A stretch of DNA of 64,000 nucleotides, taken from assembly GCA_965113315.1 (NCBI GenBank), contig OZ220363.1, one strand, 5' to 3'. The DNA comes from Podarcis vaucheri. Taxonomy: Eukaryota. Within the stretch, counting starts at the first letter, position 1. Each line of letters begins with the position of its first letter. Positions 1-14,577 of this stretch are shown here, in pieces. A program made the position numbers and the translations under genes. Under the pieces are notes generated by a model, which saw nothing but the letters and a program-made list of their open reading frames with translations, did no database searches and had not been told where the DNA came from.

Positions 1-125
1 ATATGAACAGATTGCTGATGGCCGGAAGAGAATTTTGGTCATCCACAATGCTAGTCTTGACGATGCAGCAGCATACACCTGCAAACTTCCTAGCAGTCAG
101 ACAACTGGCAAGCTGAAGGTTCATG
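1..125 (+). CDS. TTN: TTN exon ~245 (5' truncated), Ig ~I99
   Basis: [30 protein letters not shown]; donor G|GTAAGA. Confidence 0.93.
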
Positions 126-3100
126 GTAAGAAAACTACTTTGGAATTTTTAACAAGTGTTGCCAGGTGACATGTAGGGCTGGGCACTATATTGATATATC
201 ACCCCAAACCGGTTTCTAGACATCGTGATAACCATTTCAAAATAAATGACCCAGCAATGTATCACAACTTGTGTGTGTGTGCTATGCAAAAATTCACAAT
301 ACAGTCATACCTTGGAAGTTGAACGGAATCCGTTCTGGAAGTCCCTTTGACTTCCAAAATGTTTGGAAACCAAAGTGTGGCTTCTGATTGGCTGCAGAAG
401 CCCCGGCGGACGTTCAACTTCCAAAAATAGTTTGCAAACTGGAACACTCACTTCTGGGTTTGCGGCGTTCGGAAGCCAAAACGTTTTAGAACTAAGCTGT
501 TCAAAATCCAAGGTATGACTATATTTGAAAAACCAGAAAGTCAGCTGGTGCTTCTGTGTCTCCTTGAGGTGAATGAACAGGCGCTCCTTCCTTCCTTCCT
601 TCCTTCCTTCCTTCCTTCCTTCCTTCCTTCCTTCCTTGTGTTTGTGTGCGCATGTGCACCTCAGCTGAGCAGTTTAAGGAAGCTCACCCCGCATCCACCC
701 CTCCAGCATGAGCTGGAGCAGAATGGGAGCTTGCTCAGTTGTAGGGCTGGACGATACATCTCAGCTGCTGCTTCCTCTTATTTACTCCTCCCTCCTTATT
801 TCAGACGTTGCGATATATCAGCATATTGTGGTATTTAGCTGGTGATACATCACGATGTTGAAAACCACATATCACCCAGCCCTAGTGACATGTGTGCAGC
901 TGAGTAGGGTTTTTGACCCACTTCTTATTGACCGAATATGCATGATTGTGTCATCTGTGCTAGGACACGGCCATGTCAAGTCAGTCTGAGGCGTCTTTTG
1001 CTGACTGGAAATATTTTCGGTTATCAATTAGATGGTGGGGGCGATCTACTTATCCCCATATCAAAAACTAAAAAACAATATGCCCAACGTCTTTTTCAGA
1101 ACTTGCAGCAGAATTTATAACCAGGCCACAGAACATTGAAGTAATTGAAGGAGAAAAAGCAGAATTTGTCTGCTCAGTATCCAAAGAAGCCTTTGACGTA
1201 CAGTGGATAAGGGATGATACTGTTCTTGAAGCCAATGATAAGTATGACATAATTTCCGACGGCAAAAAGAGAGTCCTGGTCATTAAAGAGTCTGTTCTGG
1301 ATGACGATGGAACTTATTCTGTCATGGTCGGTGCAGCCAAAGCAACAGCCCGCTTGACAATGATTGGTAAGCTTTATGGGGCTTTCTCATACATTTGTGG
1401 GCATGCTTTTATTTCCTTTGTGAGGATTTAATTCAAATAATAATATGCAAATTCAAATTGCAGAAAAACTCAGGATTGTCATCCCACTGAAGGACCAACA
1501 AGTAAGAGAGGGAGAAGAACTTGTATTTAACTGTGAGGTTAATACAGAAGGTGCCAAGGCGAAGTGGTACAAAGATGAAGAAGCAATATTTGACAGCGCA
1601 AAATACATCATGGTCCATAAGGATTTAATTTACACTCTAAGAATTAGAGACGCCCATTTGAATGACCAAGCAACCTACAACATAGTCCTGGCAAACAAGA
1701 GAGGGGAACAAGTAAAGAGCTCTGCTACTTTGACTGTGCTTGGTAAGTGTTTTCCCAGGGCTATTATTCTAGAAAAAGAGTTTCCATGAATGCCTCCCTT
1801 GTTCTCTTATAATGGCAATGGTGCCCACTTAAGATATGTACCATTCCAGAGAGGAATGGCAAATTAAGCTGTTGGGCAATGCCGAAATAGCAAAACTGAC
1901 CAGAAAGCTCAGGAACCAAGAAGACCAAAACTTCAATAAACAACGGGGGGAAATTTTATAATTTATTTAGGAGACCACTGTAATCAGATGAAAACATTAG
2001 CAGGACAGCAATAACACTTGTATGGTAGCAAATATTATGGATAAAATATGGACTATGAGATAATATGCAGTTGAAAAGGATAACAATAGGACCAATGGAA
2101 GGGATGGTGGGAGAGAGAGAGAGGTTCTGAAACTGAGTTCTTGCTGGAAAAAGAAAGCCCTGGTGTTTTCTTATTCTAAGTGGAGGAGGAGGAGGAGGAG
2201 GAGGAGGAGGAGTTTGTATTTGATATCCCGCCTTTCACTCCCTTTAAGGAGTCTCAAAGCGGCTAACATTCTCCTGTCCCTCCCTCCCCCACAACAAGCA
2301 CTCTGTGAGGTGAGTGGGGCTGAGAGACTTCAGAGAAGTGTGACTAGCCCAAGGTCACCCAGCAGCTGCATGTGGAGGAGCGGAGACGCGAACCCGGTTT
2401 TCCCAGATTACGAGACTACCGCTCTTAGCCACTACACCACACTGGCTCTGGCACAGGCTTTTACTCTTGCCAAATTACTGTTTGGATGAGGATGTAAATT
2501 AACAACACTTTTCAAACCACTTCTCTCTTAAACAGAGGAAGACCTCAGAATTATTGAGCCTCTTCAAGACATCGAAACCATGGAGAAGAAGTCTGTCACG
2601 TTCTGGTGTAAGGTTAACCGCCTCAACGTAACCCTCCAGTGGACAAAGAATGGTGAAGAAGTCACCTTTGACCGCCGCATTTTGTACAAAGTGGATAAAT
2701 ACAAGCATTCACTTATCATTAAAAACTGTGGATTTATAGATGAAGGGGAGTACGTTGTTACTGCTGGCCAAGACAAGTCGGCTGCAGAGCTTATTATCAC
2801 GGAAGCACCTGCAGATTTCATTGAGCACTTGCAGGACCAGACAGTCACTGAATTTGATGATGCAGTCTTCAGTTGCCAGCTTTCCAAAGAGAAAGCAATG
2901 GTGAAGTGGTACAGAAACGGACGAGAAATTAAAGAGGGCAAAAAGTAGGTGCAGGTGCTTTTAACTGGTTGGTGGTATACTATGGTTGCTGTCTGGATTC
3001 TTGCCTCTGAATTTAACACATAATCCTTTTTTTCCTGTCTGCAATAAAGGTATCAGTTTGAAAAGGATGGAAATTTACACAGGTTAATCATAAAAGACTG

Positions 3101-6100
3101 CAGGCCAGAGGATGAATGCGAGTATTCCTGTGGTGTGGATGACAGGAGATCCAGAGCAAGACTTTTTGTGGAGGGTATGTTTACAATTTCTATTTATCTT
3201 TCACCTTTCAATATTTTTTTGTAAGAAAAAAAAGTATGTCAACGCAATCTAAATTTTATTCTTATTTTGACCAGAAATTCCTGTGGAGATTATCCGACCA
3301 CCACAAGATATTTACGAAGCCCCTGGCTCTGATGTCCTTTTCTTTGCTGAACTGAATAAAGATAAGGTGGAAGTCAAATGGTTGAGAAATAACATGATTA
3401 TAGTCCAGGGAGATAAACACCAAATGATGAGTGAAGGAAAAGTCCATAGGCTGCAAGTCTGTGAGATTAGGCCTCGCGATCAAGGAGAATATAGATTTAT
3501 TGCCAAAGATAAAGAAGCTCGAGCTAAGCTAGAACTGGCAGGTAAGCCTCTGAAATTTTTTAACAATAAAATAATATTTATATGAGTAATGCGACATTTT
3601 ATATACTTTTTCTGGGTGTTAATTTCAGTGATTAACACACTTCTAGTGGTAATTAAAAAGCTCTGTAACTGAGATCCTACAAGCAATGTGTTTCTGTAGC
3701 CGTTATTATGCAGCTTTGTAATGTAGCTTCTGTGCATTTAGAAGTCAGAACGATCTTTACCCAGCACAGATTAATTATCGGTGTGTGTCGGAGGCACCAA
3801 TAGTGCCCCCATTGACCAGAATGGGACAAGATGGTGTCTATACAACATTAGGTAAAGGTAAAGGGACCCCTGACCATTAGGTCCAGTCATGGCCGACTCT
3901 GGGGTTGCGGCGCTTATCTTGCTTTATTGGCCAAGGGAGCCGGCGTACAGCTTCCGGGTCATGTGGCCAGCATGACTAAGCCACTTCTGGAGAACCAGAG
4001 CAGCGCATGGAAACGCCGTTTACCTTCCCGCCGGAGCGGTACCTATTTATCTACTTGCACTTTGATGTGCTTTCGAACTGCTAGGTTGGCAGGAGCAGGG
4101 ACTGAGCAATGGGAGCTCACCCCGTCATGGGGATTCGAACCGCCGACCTTCTGATCAGCAAGTCCTAAGCTCTGTGCCACCCGCGTCCCATCTATACAAC
4201 ATTACTAATGGTTATAATTTTGGTTCTCCCTTCACACAAAAGTTGCTTAAAAATCACAAAACAGCTCACTGCGCTGTTGTTTTCTGTTTCAGATTTTCTG
4301 TAACGTATTTCATTGTTTGTTTCTTTTACTAGCTGCTCCAAGAATAAAGATAGCTGATCAGAACCTTGTGGTAGATGTTGGGCAGCCATTGACTATGGTG
4401 GTTCCATATGATGCCTACCCACGAGCAGAAGCTGAGTGGCTTAAGGGAGAAGAAGCCTTGCCCACTCTTACTGTGGATACAACACCTGAAAGTACCACCT
4501 TCAGAATTCACGAAGCAAAGACGACTGACAGAGGGAGTTACAAAATCATCCTTAAAAATAAACATGGCCAAGCTGAAGCACACATCAATGTTCAAGTTAT
4601 TGGTAAGCTCATCATTTCCTATGGCCAAGGGTTTGTTGCTTTTCTGATGTAGAAGATGAAAGCATTAGTATATAATGATGAGAGAAATAAGAAACTGCAT
4701 CCACGAACCTCACTAAGTTGTTATTGTTTTATGAAACTCAAAGCAAATCCCAAATTCTTTTAAGTAAGCATACTTTCGCTTTATTCCCAGATGTCCCTGG
4801 CCCAGTTAGAAACCTGGAAGTAACTGAGACGTTTGATGGTGAAGTTAGCCTTGCCTGGGAGGAACCAGAAAGCGATGGTGGTAGTAAAATCACTGGGTAT
4901 GTTGTTGAAAGGCGTGATGTCAAACGAAAGACCTGGATTTTGGCAACGGATCGTGCCGACAGTTGTGAATACACAGTGACTGGCCTTCAAAAGGGAGGTG
5001 TAGAGTATCTCTTCCGTGTGAGTGCTAAAAACAGAGTGGGCACTGGTGAGCCAGTCGAAACAGACAGACCTGTGGAAGCCAAGAGTAGATTTGGTAAGAA
5101 AATTGTTATTTGGAGACTATAATTTGTTGAAGTTCTATTGAATAGAAAAATAACGTGTTTTTTTTAAAAAAAAAATCTTATGACCTTGCAGATGTCCCAG
5201 GACCTCCTCTCAATGTACAAGTTGTTGATGTGAACAGATTTGGTGCGTCTCTTACTTGGGAACCCCCAGATTATGATGGAGGCTCTCCGATTACGGGCTA
5301 TATCATTGAATTACGTGACAGAGCTTCGATCAAGTGGGAACCAGCCATGACCACAGGAGCACATGACTTAGCTGGAACCTTAACTGATGTGGTGGAAAAC
5401 AAAGAATACTTTTTCAGAGTCAGAGCTCAAAACCAGGTTGGAATTGGCAAGCCTAGTGCCTCTACACATGCGGTGAAGATAATGGATCCAATTGGTTAGT
5501 ATGCAGGCGATAAGAAAATATTTCTAGATAGTTATAATATCATTTGCTTATAAAATATGAAAACAGGAAAGACTTGAGGTGAATCAGTTGATATATCTCA
5601 AACAAAAGTCCAGTGTTGATTATTCACTTTCATAGAAACCATTATATATGTTGTTTTGGGAAATTAGCAGTGTCAGAAAATGAAAATAATAGAAGCTCCC
5701 CATAAGCTCTAAAGCAAGGACCACTGTTGATGTTCAATTAGGAAGGATTTATGGAAATAATACTGTAATCTATTTAGTAGAAGACTGTGACAAGAATCTA
5801 GCAAGCTACTTTTGGCATACTCTAAGGCTTATATATATGCACGAATGCATGAGTAGGCAAACTAAGGCCCAGGGGCCGGATCTGGCCCAATCATCTTCTA
5901 AATCTGGCCCGCGGATGGTCCGGGAATCAGAGTGTTTTTACATGAGTAGAATGTGCCCTTTTATTTAAAATGCATCTCTGGGTTATTTGCGGGGCATAGG
6001 AATTCGTTCATTTTTTTTCTTCAAACTATAGTCCGTTCCCCCACAAGGTCTGAGGGACAGTGGACCGGCCCCCTGCTGGAAAAGTTTGCTGACCCCTGCA

Positions 6101-9100
6101 CTAATGCCTATTGTTTCTATACACAACATGCCCCTATGTCACATCACATGTACTTCAGACTTTCCTGCTAGTTTCAAAACAGCAGTTTGGCATGGTCTTA
6201 GGATACTGTTGTTTGAGGAACTCAAGAGTAGCCCTTCCAGACTTGTGGGACTAGTTGCATAGTTCTTCTGATTCTGGCCATCTGTTATATTGTGCAAATC
6301 ATTGTGTTTTGCAGAAAAACCAAGTCCTCCCATTAACCTCGATCATTCTGACCAAACTGTGTCATCTGTGAAACTTACATGGGAACCTCCTTTGAAAGAT
6401 GGAGGCAGCCCAGTACTGGGCTACATTATTGAAAGGCGCGAAGAGGACACAGACAACTGGATCCGTTGCAACGCAAAACTTGTGCCTAGTCTTAATTATA
6501 AGGTAGCATATTCCTTTCCGAAGTAAAATGCCTATTAAGGTGTTTTTTTAAAAAAAAAAATAGTGATTATTAATTATGACATTTTCCTCTGTCTTCATAG
6601 GTAACTGGGTTGAAACCTCTAGCCAGGTATTATTACAGAGTATCTGCAGAAAATGCTGCTGGCGTGTCGGATCCTGCTGAAGCTATTGGACCACTGACTG
6701 CTGATGATCCTCACAGTAAGTTGAATTCTCGTTTCTTGCCATAGTCAACAGCTTGAAAGGAAAGGTTGTGTTCATCTGAGACTATCCATGCTTGTTCATA
6801 AAAACAATACTTTAATATTGCTCTCATACGTTGGATACCAAAACCAGCCCCTCTCTCAGCAGTAAAAGTCTAAAACAGGAGTGGGGAGGCCATGTGGCCC
6901 TCTTGATGTTATTGGACCCCAGTTCCAGCCAGTATGGCCAAAGGCCAGGGATTATTAGAGTTGAAGTCAAACAACTTCTAGAGGGCCACAGGGTCTCTAG
7001 GCCTCATCTAAGCCAGTGTTTCCCAACCTTTTTTGGGCAAAGGCACACTTGTTTCATGAAAAAAATCTCGAGGCACACCACCATGCCAGATGGGGAAAGG
7101 TCACTTTTTACTTATGTAAAATAAAAATAAAAAAATAGTAACAGCATAGAAGGTAATGGTTAGGCTAGCATCCCTCTTCCAAATATGCTAGGTTTTTATT
7201 TGCAGGGACTGTTCTACATGGGAAAGCATTCAGCACTGTCATTCTCCCATCTGCCATCTGAATTGGTACTATTCTGGGTCAACTTACTCTGCTGCATGTG
7301 TAGATGAAAATGGCACCAAGTGTGGGGGAGGGGGCAGAACAGGTTTCAGATACAGGATATTAAGCATACACGTACTTCAGATTGAACTGGTTGCTTGCTT
7401 TGCAAGTTTTCATTTCCCAAATGACTGCCTTGGCAAGCGCAATACCTACCAGGCTCAACGCCGGTCTCGCGCTGCCGCTTCCCGCGCTCTCAAGGACCCG
7501 GGAGGAGGAAGGCGTGAAGGGAATCCCGAAGGCGCGAAAACCTCGCGCATGCGCAGGCCTTCCGCCTGCGACAGCCCAGTAGGCCGGCCGAAGCGAGCAG
7601 CATTGGGATGTGGGAGCTCTCTCGCTCGCCGCCCCGCGTGTGCCTATGTGGGGCACATTACAGCCCCATGACGTCAGCGCCACGCAGGCAGCCAGGCAGG
7701 CAGACGGCGAGAGCCCCGCGCTGGGCGGCCTCTCCTCACCTCTCGCCGCCCCGCCTCTCGCCGCCCGACTCGCCCGCCTCCCTCCCACGGCACACCAGGC
7801 AACGTCTCGCGGCACACTAGTGTGCCGCGGAAAACCGGTTGGGAAACACTGATCTAAGCTATACTAAAATGGAGGGAAACCCTTAACATTCACTAGGTAG
7901 CGCTGTTTTACATTTACAATTTGTCCTCTAAGGCTGCATTGCTAAACAAGTCAGAATTTTTTAATTTTTAAAAACTGTATTAAATTGAACATTTAGGTGT
8001 CTTTAAATTGGAGCAAGCTTATATATCGCCTTTCTATATTGCTAATTTCATCAGATTATGAAACAGTTTTATGATGTGTTCTCAATAGATAAAACGCCAC
8101 GTGAAGGCATCTATAATAATGCTTTCCATTCAAACAGATTCCAAAGGCAATTGCCCTTTAATGGTGTTGTGGAGGAAAAAAGAAAGTTTATAACTTTAAT
8201 CGGCATAATTTGTGTTTGTATTTCAGCTGGACCTACAATGGACTTAAGCGGATTTAAAGATGGACTGGAGGTTATTGTTCCAGATCCCGTCAAAATACGT
8301 GTTCCTATTACTGGCTATCCAGTCCCAACTGCCACATGGTCTGTCGGCGACAAAGTTTTAGAACAGGGTGACCGGGTGAAAATTGACACGTCTGCAGCCT
8401 TTGCAGAGCTTGTTATTACCCCAAGTGAACGGCCAGACAAAGGCATCTATACCTTGAAATTAGAAAACCCTGTGTCATCTGTATCAGGAGAAATCAATGT
8501 TAATGTCATTGGTGAGCAATCCAGTATATATTCTGAAGAATTGTATATAACCTGTTTTGTAAATAACCATGTGTGTAAAATCCAAAAGTTTCAACAAGCC
8601 AAATTTGTTATTAATAGCACCATAGGAGCCAACTCCTAGGGCCCAAGGTCTCTTCACCCCCCCCAAAAAAAAAATCTGAGGGGGATGGTCCTTCCCAAAG
8701 TTGATGGACGTGTGTTCGATTGTGTGGGGCAGGGCTTATCTGGGCCTCCCCAATATTTTATTCAAGTTGGCACCCCTGAATAGTACTAAACAACAGCAGC
8801 ATGTTTATTTATTAAATTTATGTACTGCTTTTCCTCCCAAGAGAGCCTAGGTTGGCAACTTCTATTGTACCATTTTGTTATGAAACCCTATAATACAACG
8901 GAGATCATAAACTTAGCTATTAACAGTTAACAGTCTGTCCTAAGAATGCTTACTCAGAAGTAAGAATCCTTCTTTCTTTTTTTAAAAAAAATGAAGCATG
9001 AATTAAAATCTAGTAGGTGTAACCAAACAGCCAAAGTCTTCCATCAAAGAAAGAATAAGTAATATATATATATAATAATTGGTTTATAATATGATGGGTA

Positions 9101-12100
9101 TTTATTTTTAGCTCGCCCAAGTGCACCAAGAGAACTACAAATTGGAGAGATAACTAGGAGCTCAGTCCAATTAAATTGGGAAGCTCCTGAAGATGATGGA
9201 GGAAGCCCATTGACTGGCTATCTTATTGAAAAGCGTGAAGTGAGCCGCAAAACATGGGTCAAGGTACGCAGTTTCTTTAAAAAACCAAAACACCTATATT
9301 TCTAATATGTATTGCTGAAGATGGTATGAAATATTCTGGTGCTTGCTATGGGGGGGAAAAGTTCTGTAATTACTTGGAACCTCTCTTGTTTTTAGGTGAT
9401 CGACAACGTCCTTGACCAAGAGTTCACTGTACCAGATCTGGTTCAAGGAAAAGAATATTTGTTCAGGGTCTCAGCATGTAACAAATGTGGACCAGGAGAG
9501 CCTGCTTACATTGATGAGCCTGTCAACATGTCAGCACCTGCTAGTGAGTTTTCTTAATTAACTATTCCTATTGATTTTGTATATCTGCATTTTACATAGT
9601 AACTTGTGCTATGCAACATAAGTATTGAAAGAAAGCAAGGAGCAGAGTTTGAATCAATAAGGGTTTGGTATGACTTACCTGTTGTATTAGAAAAACTGAG
9701 GCTTGAATCCAAAGATGCATAATTGGAACTATGTGCAAAAAAAATTCCACACACCCCCCCTTCTGCACTGCAGCCCTCAGTACCCACTGAAGAGCTGCTA
9801 CTCAGTATTAAAATAAAAGGTAAAGGGACCCCTGACCATTAGGTCCAGTCGTGACTGTCTCTGGGGTTGTGGCGCTCATCTTGCTTTATTGGCCGAGGGA
9901 GCCGTCGTACAGCTTCTGGGTCATGTGGCCAGCATGACTAAACCACTTCTGGCGAACCAGAGCAGTGCACAGAAATGCCGTTTACCTTCCTGTTGAAGCG
10001 GTACCTATTTATCTACTTGCACTTTGACGTGCTTTTGAACTGCTAGGTTGGCAAGAGCAGGGACCGAGCAACGGGAGCTCACCCCGTCGCGGGGATTCGA
10101 ACCACCAACCTTCTGAACGGCAAGTCCTAGGCTCTGTGGTTTAACCCACAATGCCACCTGCGTCCCTTGCTTAGTATTAGTGGACCCTCAATTGACAGAA
10201 AGCAGGGAGCTACCTTGCACAAATGAGTCTTTCCTGTTGTGCAGGGTACTTGTTGCATACCAACCAATGTGAGAAGAGCACCCCAGAGACAGTAAAGAAT
10301 TAAAAAAACTAAGACACACTATAAGGCACACACTATATGCAAGACAATTATACATGTTCTTTCCTCCCCACCTTGCAGCGGTGCCTGATCCACCAGAGAA
10401 TGTGAAATGGAGGGATCCAACATCTAAGTCCATTTTCCTCACATGGGATCCACCTAAGTACGATGGCGGTTCTCGTATCAAAGGCTACCTGGTTGAAAAA
10501 TGCCAGCGTGGCACTGACAAATGGGAGCCCTGTGGTGAGCCAGTCATTGAGACAAAGTAAGAGCTTGCAGTATGAAGAAAAATGTTTTACAAAATTGGAT
10601 GGTTACATTTAAACATGCAGTGCGCTGAACTTGTTTTCTGATTAACAGAATGGAAGTAACAAAACTTAAGGAAGGAGAATGGTATGCTTATCGCGTGAAG
10701 GCTCTGAACAGGCAAGGGGCAAGTAAACCAAGCAAGCCAACAGATGAAATCCAGGCTATGGATGCAATGGGTAATTTTTGATTTCCCACTCATACTTAAT
10801 CTATACTCTTGAAAACACTGTGAATGTGTTTCTGCTGTTAACGCTTCTGTGCACAGTTGCGTGTTCTTTTTTAACAATATGTCGATTCTTCTCTCAAATC
10901 AGAGGCCCCTGAGATTTTCCTAGATGTGAAACTGCTTGCTGGAATCACTGTCAAAGCTGGAACTAAGATAGAGCTGCCGGCAAGGGTAAATGGAAAGCCC
11001 GAGCCACGGATTAGCTGGACAAAAGCTGAACAGACCCTGAAACCCGATAAAAGAATAACCATTGAATCCAAACCTAACCATTCCACAGTCATAATAACAG
11101 AGAGCAAGAGAAGTGATAGCGGCACCTATATTATTGAAGCCGTAAATGCCAGCGGTCGGGCAACAGCTACAGTTGAAGTTAATGTCCTAGGTATGTTTTG
11201 TTTCCATAGAAATAGCTTTCAATGTTTTCCTAACAAAATATTTGAATAGAAGAGGTTCAAACTACTGTTATGCTTCCACAGATAAGCCTGGCCCACCAGC
11301 TGCATTTGATATCTCCGACATTACAAACGTATCTTGTGCTTTGACTTGGAATCCTCCTAGAGACGACGGCGGCTCCAGAATCACGAACTACGTTCTGGAA
11401 CAAAGAGCTGCAGACAGCGAAGTGTGGCACAAACTATCATCCACTATCAAAGAAACAAAATTCAAAGTAACAAACCTAACACCACTTAAGGAGTACATCT
11501 TCAGAGTCAGCGCAGAAAACATGTACGGAGTTGGAGAACCAGCTCAGTCCGTTCCTATCGTTGCTAAATATCCATTTGGTAAGTCTATTCGCTTGACAGA
11601 AAGGGCTGCTTGTTACAAGATGGCTGCCAAGGGAGCCTGCTAGAAACTATAATGTGGTAGCCACTCCCCATGGCATGGCATTGATAGGTACCACTTCTCC
11701 ATGTGGGTCAGTCCCCACCATAATGTTTGTCTCCACACTATCATTGGTGACATGGAGATAAGCCTGTGGGTAAGGGTCAGTATTTATGGCAAGCTGGTAC
11801 ACATAAACTGCTTGTCATGTGGAACCGGCAGCAGCAACAAAGAGACAGTTTCAAGCAGCCTCTACATGGCAACTGTACGTTTCCGAGCACAATTCAAAGT
11901 GTTGGTGCTGACCTTTAAAGCCTTAAACGGCCTCGGTCCAGTATACCTGAAGGAGCATCTCCACCCCCATCATTCTAACCGGACACTGAGGTCCAGCACC
12001 AAGGGCCTTCTGGCGGTTCCCTCACTGCGAGAAGCCAAGTTACAGGGAACCAGGCAGAGAGCCTTCTCGGTAGTGGCGCCCACCCTGTGGAACGCCCTCC

Positions 12101-14533
12101 CACCAGATGTCAAAGAGAACAACAACTACCAGACTTTTAGAAGACATCTGAAGGCAGCCCCGTTTAGGGAAGCTTTTAGTGTTTGATGTATTGCAGTATT
12201 TTAATATTTTTTTGGAAGCCGCCCAGAGTGGCTGGGGAAGCCCAGCCAGAAGGGCGGGGTATAAATAATAAATTATTATTATTAATTTGATGAAATGGCA
12301 TTTATTGCTACAGGTGCTTCCTATTATATTTGCACACAAGGAATTGCAAGTATGTCAATGTTCCCCTTTCTACTTCTTTGTACAGATCCGCCAGGTCCTC
12401 CGACACGAGTTCAGCCTGTTGAGATCACTAAAGATTCTGTAACCTTGACTTGGGTAGAACCAGATGAAGATGGTGGCAGCCCTATCACTGGTTATTGGGT
12501 TGAACGGTTGGACCCTGATCAAGATAAATGGGTCCGTTGCAATAAAATCCCAGTTAAAGATACGACATTCAAGTAAGATCATTATATGTTTCGTTTTAAA
12601 AAATATATAGCTAGGTAACTGAGAAGATTGCTATTTGTTTTTAGGTAAACAGCTGACTTTTATATACTCTTGAACTTGACTCCTTGTCATGCATTTGAAT
12701 AAAATATTAACTGGTGCTCTGTAATAGCATCGAATAATTGTATTGCTATCTATACTTTGGGTCTACAATAACCATTGAAAATATCCTTACCTAAATCATG
12801 TTCATAACCATCCACCAGTGCCACTGAATGGGACAACTATACTATGGGTGTTATCAGTAGCACCAATTTCTGCTATGGAAACAGTAGTGGGATTGTGACT
12901 TCTGATGTGATTCTACATCACTGCAGCTGCTCATAAGATTTAGCGCTGATATCAGAACTTCTTAGAGATGAATATAGTTTTCTGCTTTTTGAACTCCCAG
13001 TACAGTCGTACCTCGGAAGTCAAACGGAATCCATTCCGGAAGTCTGTTCAACTTCCCAAACTTTCGGAAACCAACGTGCAGCTTCTGATTGGCTTCAGGA
13101 AGCTCCTGCAGCCAATTGGAAGCCACGGAAGCCCTGTCAGACGTTCGGGTTCCAAAAAATGTCCGCAAACCGGAACACTCACTTCCGGGTTTGCGGCGTT
13201 TGGGACCCAAAACATCCGAGTACTAAGGCATTCAAGATCCAAGGTACAACTGTAATATGAATTTCTAATACAAGCTAAGGATATTTATTACACCCAAGCA
13301 TTATTCATCCTTAGAGTTTTAAGTAGTACCAATATATATCATCTACTAATGAATAGTACAGAAATGCAGATTATATTACATCTGACCAGTGTCTGAGACT
13401 TTCTAGTGATACAGTAATAGGAAGGTCCTTCCTCCATGTACACAGGGAGTCTCTGGTTTGGGGTGATAGTATATATTTGCTCTGAACAGTTCCAAGGTAT
13501 TGATTTTTTTAATGCACGAGGTACACTTTAATATTTAATTATAGTGTTAACTAGTAATAAGTATTACAAATTTTACATTTGGAGCATTATCATCATTACT
13601 ATTAGGGTTAAAGGTCTCACGTTCCATAAGAAGTACAAGTTCCGTGTCGTGGCAGAGAATCTTGCTGGGCCAGGAAAGCCAAGCAGAGCAACAGAGCCAG
13701 TCTTAGTGAAGGATCCTATTGGTATGAAAGCATTTTTCTTAGATGAATTTTATAACTTACTCCAAGTCATAATGCTGGGTTTTCTAAACCAAGTTATCAA
13801 TTCATGTCTAGATCCCCCATGGCCACCCGGCAAGCCAATTGTCAAAGACGTTGCCAAGACCTCGTGTTTCTTGAACTGGACGAAGCCAGAACACGACGGC
13901 GGTGCCAAGATTGAATCGTATGTCATTGAATTGTTAAAGACTGGCACAGACGAGTGGGTGAGAGTGGCTGAAGGCATCCCCACACCAGAACACTTCCTCA
14001 AAGGGCTTATGGAGAAACAAGAATATTCCTTCCGAGTCAGAGCTGTGAACAAAGCTGGAGAGAGTGAGCCTAGCGAGCCCAGCGATCCCGTGCTATGCAA
14101 GGAGAGACTGAGTAAGTTGGCCATTGCATTCTGCAGGAGAGCTTCTCCTGAGAGCCAGTGTGGTGTAGTGGTTAAGAGCGGTAGTCTCGTAATCTGGGGA
14201 ACCGGGTTCGCGTCTCCGCTCCTCCACATGCAGCTATTGGGAGGCCTTGGGCTAGTCACACTTCTCTGAAGTTTCTCAGCCCCACTCAACTCACAGAGTG
14301 TTTGTTGTGGGGGAGGAAGGGAAAGGAGAATGTTAGCTGCTTTGAGACTCCTTCGGGTAGTGATAAAGCGGGACATCAAATCCAAACTCTTCTTATTCTT
14401 CAAGTCCCAAAAGTATCAGAAGCCTGCTCCACAGTAACGTGGAGTGGGGCTTTCAGCGGGGCTGCCACTGTCTATACTTGCAAAAGACAATTGAGTATAT
14501 TTTCGTTTCATCCTCAGTTATTCTTTGTATTGT

Positions 14534-14577
<44 letters not shown>

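Larger units (their letters stand above)
174..884. mobile_element. Non-autonomous hAT DNA transposon with nested elements
   Basis: TIRs TAGGGCTGGG / CCCAGCCCTA; perfect 8-bp TSD GTGACATG (166-173, 885-892). Confidence 0.85.

Noticed and set aside
515-838. ORFs with homopolymeric or repeated peptides (also 2163-2489, 14302-14604)
   Set aside because: Translations of microsatellites and SINE or LINE tails.
1-1100. Possible Cronos-type internal titin promoter
   Set aside because: From memory the human Cronos start lies before exon 240, upstream of this window, and this intron is largely filled by a hAT element.
4060-4190. tRNA-like B-box GGTTCGAATCC (also near 10095 and 42262)
   Set aside because: These are SINE heads, not tRNA genes.
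7360-7852. Ala/Arg/Pro-rich ORFs on both strands
   Set aside because: Expected from high GC content; no domain similarity and not transposase-like.
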